Notes under the pieces: generated by a model
Told to the model about the DNA's origin: nothing
Database searches by the model: none
Seen by the model: the letters and a program-made list of their open reading frames with translations, nothing else
Source: Candidatus Binatia bacterium
GTDB taxonomy: Bacteria; Desulfobacterota; Binatia; UBA9968; JAJDTQ01
Direction: 5' to 3'
DNA: 64,000 bases
Assembly (NCBI GenBank): GCA_963666515.2
Contig: OY762897.2
Span: 4,320,001 to 4,384,000, forward strand
In this document: one piece after another, positions 58,670 through 64,000 of the stretch
How positions within the stretch are numbered: the first letter of the stretch is position 1
Layout: every line of letters starts with the position of its first letter
Position numbers and translations under genes: made by a program

Positions 58670-60004
58670 ATGGATCATCCCGTGAGCCCGCAGGCGCAGT
58701 CGCGTCCGCCCATACCGTTGCCGTTCCACTATGCCTGGCTCATCGTCGCGGTGACCTTCTTCGCCAGCTTCAACGGCGCCGGCATACGGGTGGTTCCTAC
58801 GGTGCTGATCCATCCGCTCGAGGCAGACTTCGGGTGGGCTCGCTCGGCCATCACCTTCGGGATTTCCCTCAACCTTCTGCTCTACGGCGCGGTCGCTCCG
58901 GTGGCGGGCTGGTTTCTGGACAAGGTCGGGCCGCGCAGGGTCATGCTCACCTCGCTGACGATGCTTTGCACCGGCCTCGTGGCGACGACTTTCGTGACCG
59001 AGTTGTGGCAGTTCTGGTTGACGTGGGGTGTCCTGGTGGGGCTGGGGGCGGGCGGCATGTCCGGTGTCCTGTCCGCTTCGGTGGCGCATCGCTGGTTCAA
59101 CGCCCGGCGCGGGCTGGCGGTGGGCATACTCAGCAGCGGCAGCTCCACGGGACAGATCGTCTTCATCCCGTTCATGCTGTTCATCGTTGCCTACGTCGGC
59201 TGGCGTATGGGTTCCTACGTGCTCGTTGCCTGCACGGCCACCGCGGTGGTGCTGGTCTGGCTGCTCATGCGGGACAAGCCCGAGGACATCGGTCTGGAGG
59301 CATACAACGAGGGACCCGGAGCGCAGACGGCGCCCGTGGCTGGCAAGCCGGCAGCCGAGCCGGGGGAAGCCAAGCCCGCGACGCCGGTCATGGGCATCAA
59401 GGACGCCGTCAAGACGCCCACCTTCTGGCTCCTGTGCGGCGTGTTCTCCATCTGCGGCGGCACGGCCAACGGGCTCATCGGAACGCATCTGTTACCCCAC
59501 GCCCTGGAGAACGGGTTCGACAATGTAACCGTGGCCTTCGCGATCGGACTCATGGGGACCATGAACATCCTCGGAACCCTGTTCTCCGGTTGGCTGGCTG
59601 ACCGTGTCGATCCCCGGAAGCTGATCGCCGTGGTGTTCACGTTCCGGGGGTTGTCGCTCTTCTATCTGTTGTGGGTGGACACCACCCTTGGACTCCTCGC
59701 CTTCACCGTCGTGTACGGCCTCGACTGGTTCGCCACCGTTCCGCCGGTGGTGATGATCGCGGGCCAGACCTTCGGCAAGCAGTCCATCGGCCGCATCTAC
59801 GGCTGGATCTTCCTGTCGCACCAGATCGGCGGGTTCGCCATGGCCAACGCCGGCGGCCTGCTGTACGACTACGTTGGCAACTACGAGATGGCGTTCTTCG
59901 CCGGCGGCTGGATGGGGCTGATGGCCGCGGCGTTCGGGCTCAGCATAAGGCCCAAGAAGACAATGCCGCCGCTCGCGCCGACGCCCGCGGGCGCGGCCGC
60001 CTGA
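58670..60004 (+). CDS. MFS transporter (paralog of 39020-40330)
   Basis: About 12 TM; YGLDWFATVPP. Confidence 0.9.
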   Translation: MDHPVSPQAQSRPPIPLPFHYAWLIVAVTFFASFNGAGIRVVPTVLIHPLEADFGWARSAITFGISLNLLLYGAVAPVAGWFLDKVGPRRVMLTSLTMLCTGLVATTFVTELWQFWLTWGVLVGLGAGGMSGVLSASVAHRWFNARRGLAVGILSSGSSTGQIVFIPFMLFIVAYVGWRMGSYVLVACTATAVVLVWLLMRDKPEDIGLEAYNEGPGAQTAPVAGKPAAEPGEAKPATPVMGIKDAVKTPTFWLLCGVFSICGGTANGLIGTHLLPHALENGFDNVTVAFAIGLMGTMNILGTLFSGWLADRVDPRKLIAVVFTFRGLSLFYLLWVDTTLGLLAFTVVYGLDWFATVPPVVMIAGQTFGKQSIGRIYGWIFLSHQIGGFAMANAGGLLYDYVGNYEMAFFAGGWMGLMAAAFGLSIRPKKTMPPLAPTPAGAAA

Positions 60005-60026
60005 GCGAGCGCTGACGGCGCCGGCG

Positions 60027-60488
60027 TTACGACCGTTTGTCTTTTCCGCCGGCGGACTCGTAGTCGTACACGTACTGCCAGGGCACCGAGCAGTGGGCCC
60101 AGACGAGGGGCTCGAACTTCTCCCACCATTGCAGATCCCGGCCCTCCATGCTCAGGACCCGCACCATGCGCACCATGTCCTGGATCTGGTACTTCTCCAG
60201 GGCGGGCTCGAACGCGGGCATGATGCCCTTGCCCTTCTTGATGACTTGGCGGATCTCGAAGATGTCGCGGTTTTCCACGGTGTGGCGGAAATCAGGCACC
60301 TTGGCGGAAAGCGCCTTGGCGATGGGCCCGTCGCCGCGCCCGCCGGGGCCGTGGCAGCTCGCGCAACGCTGGGCGTAGACGAGCCGCATCTCCTCTTCCC
60401 GGATGCAGCCCGATAGGACCACCACGCCCAGCAATACCAGCCATGCGGCGAGGACCGGCGTGCGCCGGCGGGAGTTCGTCAGCATCAC
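60027..60488 (-). CDS. Monoheme cytochrome c lipoprotein
   Basis: LSGC lipobox; CASCHG; MPAF. Confidence 0.85.
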   Translation of the reverse strand: MMLTNSRRRTPVLAAWLVLLGVVVLSGCIREEEMRLVYAQRCASCHGPGGRGDGPIAKALSAKVPDFRHTVENRDIFEIRQVIKKGKGIMPAFEPALEKYQIQDMVRMVRVLSMEGRDLQWWEKFEPLVWAHCSVPWQYVYDYESAGGKDKRS

Positions 60489-60624
60489 CTTTCCCTCCTA
60501 CCATCTTCGATGCGCGAACAAAACAGAACGGTTTCGGGAGGTTGAGCCCGCGCAACGGTTGGCTTCTTTCCCGGAACCCTATACGCTTGTCCGCAACCAT
60601 CCGGCATGAAAAAGTTTCCTTGAG

Positions 60625-61236
60625 ATGGCCATCAGGATAACGCGCGTGTACACCCGGACGGGCGACGACGGCACCACCGGCCTTGTGGGCGGGAAGCGGG
60701 CGCCCAAGGACTCCGCCCGGGTCGAGGCCTACGGCGCCATCGACGAGTTGAACGCGGTGGTGGGTCTGGTGCGCGCCTGGAACGAGCAGGGGAAGGGCGA
60801 ACGCGAGCTGCACCTCAAGCTCGACGCCATGCTCCAGGAGATCCAGCAGGAGCTGTTCGACCTGGGCAGCGAGTTGGCGACCCCCGAGGACTTCGGCTAC
60901 GACGGCATGCACAGGATGAGCGGGGACGAGGTGGCCCGCATCGAGCGGGTCATCGACGAGTGCCAGAAGGAGCTGCAGCCGCTCAAGTCGTTTACGCTGC
61001 CGGGAGGCGGCCCCATCAGCGCGCAGCTCCACCAGTGCCGCACGGTGTGCCGGCGGGCGGAGCGGGAGATCCTTAGGCTGTCGCGGATCGAGAGAGTCGG
61101 CGAGTGGCCGCTCAAGTACGTCAACCGCTTGAGCGACCTGTTCTACGTCCTGGGGCGATGGGTGGGCAAGAATCTCGGCGAGACCGAGTACCTCTGGCAA
61201 AGGGGACTGGCGAAGGGTTCGAAGCAGGACGCGTGA
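60625..61236 (+). CDS. PduO-type cob(I)alamin adenosyltransferase
   Basis: YTRTGDDGTT, RTVCRRAER, NRLSD. Confidence 0.95.
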   Translation: MAIRITRVYTRTGDDGTTGLVGGKRAPKDSARVEAYGAIDELNAVVGLVRAWNEQGKGERELHLKLDAMLQEIQQELFDLGSELATPEDFGYDGMHRMSGDEVARIERVIDECQKELQPLKSFTLPGGGPISAQLHQCRTVCRRAEREILRLSRIERVGEWPLKYVNRLSDLFYVLGRWVGKNLGETEYLWQRGLAKGSKQDA

Positions 61237-61285
61237 TGCGTCCCCGCGGGTTTCGCCGCCGGGAAGTCGTTGACGGGAGTCGGAG

Positions 61286-62059
61286 ATGTCGGGAATCCTT
61301 GAAGGCAAGAAGGCGCTGATCTTCGGCGTGGCCAATGACCGCAGCATCGCCTGGGCGGTGGCGCAGGAACTGCACGCCCAGGGGGCGGAGTTGGCCTTCA
61401 CCTACGCCGGGGAAGTGCTGGAGAAGCGCGTCCGGCCCCTGGCCGAGGGCATCGGCTCGAGCATCGTGCTGCCGTGCGACGTCACCCGGGACGAGGAGAT
61501 CGAGGCGGTCTTCGAGGCCGTCGGGCGTCAGTGGGACGGCCTCGACATCCTGATCCACGCCATTGCCTACGCCAAGAAGGAAGACCTGTCCCAGCCCTAC
61601 GTCGAGACCGGCCGCGAGGGGTTTCACACGGCGCTGGACATCAGCAGCTATTCGCTGGTGGCGCTCACGCGCCACGCCGCCCGGCTCATGAAGGGACGCG
61701 GCGGCGCGGTGGTGACGCTGACCTACATGGGGTCCGAGAAGGTGGTGCCCAACTACAACGTCATGGGCGTGGCCAAGGCGGCCCTGGAAGCCAGCGTCCG
61801 CTACCTCGCCCACGACCTCGGCCCGGAGGGGATACGGGTCAACGCCATCTCGGCCGGCCCGGTGAAGACCCTGGCGGCCGCCGGCATCGCCGGCTTCCGG
61901 GACATGCTCCGCTACGCGAGCGAGCGAGCGCCGCTCAAGCGCAACGTCGAACCCGCGGAGATCGGCCGGACGGCGGTGTATCTCGCGAGCGACCTGGGCA
62001 GCGGCGTGACCGGAGAGACGCTCCACGTCGATGCCGGCTACAACGTGATGGGCATGTGA
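61286..62059 (+). CDS. fabI: Enoyl-ACP reductase
   Basis: GVANDRSIAW, YNVMGVAK, SAGPVKTLAA. Confidence 0.95.
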   Translation: MSGILEGKKALIFGVANDRSIAWAVAQELHAQGAELAFTYAGEVLEKRVRPLAEGIGSSIVLPCDVTRDEEIEAVFEAVGRQWDGLDILIHAIAYAKKEDLSQPYVETGREGFHTALDISSYSLVALTRHAARLMKGRGGAVVTLTYMGSEKVVPNYNVMGVAKAALEASVRYLAHDLGPEGIRVNAISAGPVKTLAAAGIAGFRDMLRYASERAPLKRNVEPAEIGRTAVYLASDLGSGVTGETLHVDAGYNVMGM

Positions 62060-62138
62060 GAACGCCGAATTCTCGAATCCGTCTGAAACCGGGCCCCGGT
62101 TCCGGCTTGGCCATGAAGAAACTGTAGGGAGAGAGACC

Positions 62139-62573
62139 GTGAAGGAGATTTCGCCGCAGGAAGCCTACGATACCATGCAGCAGGACGCCGAGGCCGTCTA
62201 CATCGACGTGCGCACGGTGGAGGAGTTCGCCGCCGGCCATCCCGAGGGCGCGGTCAACGTCCCCATCGCGTTCCTCGACCCGGCCCAGGGCATGGTGTTC
62301 AACCCGGACTTCGTCGAGGTGGTGGAGAAGCATTTCGCCAAGGACCGGAAGCTGCTGCTGGGCTGCAAGGCGGGTCCCCGGTCCAACAATGCCGCGAACG
62401 TCCTGGAGCAGCAGGGCTACCGGGACGTGGCCAGCGTGCGCGGCGGCTTCGGCGGCATGATCGACCCCTACGGGCAGGTGCTGGCCGAAGGCTGGGAAAG
62501 CCTGGGCCTGCCGGTGAGCCGGGACAACGGCGCGGGCACGAGCTACGAATCGCTGGCGGCTGAAAAAGGGTAA
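62139..62573 (+). CDS. Rhodanese-like protein
   Basis: IDVRTVEEFAAGH, CKAGPRS. Confidence 0.92.
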   Translation: MKEISPQEAYDTMQQDAEAVYIDVRTVEEFAAGHPEGAVNVPIAFLDPAQGMVFNPDFVEVVEKHFAKDRKLLLGCKAGPRSNNAANVLEQQGYRDVASVRGGFGGMIDPYGQVLAEGWESLGLPVSRDNGAGTSYESLAAEKG

Positions 62574-62576
62574 CTC

Positions 62577-64000
62577 ATGGACACCTTCCACTCGTTCTAC
62601 ATCGGACTGGCCAACATCCTGCCGTTCTCCGCCGCGGGGCAGGACCCGTTCCTGTTCATGCTCATCGGCATCGCCATCGGGTTCGTCGTGGGCATCCTGC
62701 CGGGGCTCGGCGGCGCCACCACCCTGGCGCTCATGCTGCCGTTCATCTACAAGATGGACCCCACCACCGCGTTCGCGTTCCTGCTGGGCTCCAACGCGGT
62801 GACCGCCACCACCGGGGACATCACCTCGATTCTCTTCGGCGTGCCGGGGGAGGGCATCACCGCGGCCACCATCGTCGACGGCCATCCCATGGCGAAGAAG
62901 GGAGAGGCCGGCCGCGCCCTGGGGGCCGCGCTCATGAGCTCGCTGGTGGGGGCGGTCTTCGGCGCCTTCGCCCTGGCCCTGGCGATTCCCATCGTGCAGC
63001 CGCTGGTGCTGTCCATCGGCTCCTCCGAGTTCTTCATGCTCGCCCTCCTGGGGATCACCTTCGTGGCCTCCCTGAGCGGCGGCAACATCCTCAAGGGGCT
63101 GTGCACCGGCGCCTTCGGGCTGGTCCTTGCCACCATCGGCCTGGATCCCATCGAGAGCGTCCCGCGCTTCACCCTCGACCCGCTGATCGGCGAGGACGCG
63201 GCGCTCTTCCTGTGGGACGGCCTGTCGCTGGTGTCGGTCACCGTGGGCCTGTTCGCCATTCCCGAGATCATCGACCTGTCGGTCCAGGGCTCCAGCATCG
63301 CGCGCCAGAGCACCGGCAAGCTGGGCGGCGTCATGCAGGGCATCATCGACACCTTCCGCCACTGGAAGCTGGTGCTGGCTTGCAGCGCCATCGGCTCCTA
63401 CATCGGCCTCATACCGGGACTTGGCGGCGGACCGGCCCAGTGGGTGGCCTACGCCCACGCGGTGCAGAGCTCGCCGGGGGACAAGGACCGCTTCGGCAAG
63501 GGCGCCATCGAGGGCGTGCTCGGACCCGGCGCGGCCAACAACTCCAAGGAGGGCGGCTCGCTGGTCCCGACCATCGCGTTCGGGGTGCCTGGCAGCGTCT
63601 CCATGGCCATCCTGCTGGGCGCCTTCATCATCCAGGGCATCGTTCCCGGGCCCGACCTGCTCGACCCGGCCAAGCACCTGGACCTCACGTTCTCGTTCGT
63701 CTGGATCATCGTCGTCTCCAACATCATCACCGTGGCCGTGTGCCTGCTGTTCCTGAACCAGCTCGCCAAGATCACGTTCGTCAAGGGGACCTTGCTGATC
63801 CCGTTCCTGCTGCTGCTGATCTACCTGGGCGGCTTCGCCGTCAACAACGCCTTCGGCGACATCGTGATGGTGCTGATCTTCGGCGCGGTGGGATGGCTGA
63901 TGGTGCGCTTCGACTGGCAGCGGCCGCCGCTGCTGCTGGGACTGGTGCTTGGCGGCATCGCCGAGAACAACCTCTTCATCGCCACCAAGGTCTACGGCGC
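62577..64000 (+). CDS. tctA: Tripartite tricarboxylate transporter permease (runs off the window)
   Basis: Translated by hand: GILPGLGG, DGHPMAKKG, ANNSKEGG, FGVPGS; no stop before 64000. Confidence 0.9.
   Translation, partial: MDTFHSFYIGLANILPFSAAGQDPFLFMLIGIAIGFVVGILPGLGGATTLALMLPFIYKMDPTTAFAFLLGSNAVTATTGDITSILFGVPGEGITAATIVDGHPMAKKGEAGRALGAALMSSLVGAVFGAFALALAIPIVQPLVLSIGSSEFFMLALLGITFVASLSGGNILKGLCTGAFGLVLATIGLDPIESVPRFTLDPLIGEDAALFLWDGLSLVSVTVGLFAIPEIIDLSVQGSSIARQSTGKLGGVMQGIIDTFRHWKLVLACSAIGSYIGLIPGLGGGPAQWVAYAHAVQSSPGDKDRFGKGAIEGVLGPGAANNSKEGGSLVPTIAFGVPGSVSMAILLGAFIIQGIVPGPDLLDPAKHLDLTFSFVWIIVVSNIITVAVCLLFLNQLAKITFVKGTLLIPFLLLLIYLGGFAVNNAFGDIVMVLIFGAVGWLMVRFDWQRPPLLLGLVLGGIAENNLFIATKVYG

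Overview
A 64 kb high-GC bacterial chromosome segment. Its content (many tripartite tricarboxylate transporters, Mo-hydroxylase, UbiD, LLM, M20/M24 hydrolases, a Grd selenoprotein, a giant Calx-beta adhesin, many TA modules) is reminiscent of sponge-associated deltaproteobacteria-like symbionts; this is inference only. Positions ~1-21.4 kb are largely accessory. They hold an ISNCY remnant, four intact TA-like pairs and a CTAG-bounded ~1.87 kb element encoding a 535-aa protein with a Rep_trans-like YxK...RxE motif and a multi-hairpin end. They also hold a 3.3 kb IS1595 element (23-bp TIRs, 8-bp TSD) carrying passenger genes and a probable antisense-regulated small ORF, plus an orphan hsdM with a degraded second allele. 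Also in this stretch are grdC-grdA (in-frame UGA read as Sec, with a SECIS-like hairpin) and a TM0106-type nuclease. Positions 21.4-41.5 kb are catabolic and transport genes. A 1.3 kb cassette follows, flanked by a fragmented allele of the upstream gene, then a 3625-aa Calx-beta/autotransporter-like adhesin with a higher-order 342/1026-bp repeat, and housekeeping/transport genes (pduO-type, fabI, rhodanese, tctA). A recurring theme is displaced, synonymously diverged gene ends and antitoxin tails left in intergenic spaces. I found no CRISPR array, rRNA or tRNA. All family calls come from motif recognition by eye; no searches were run.
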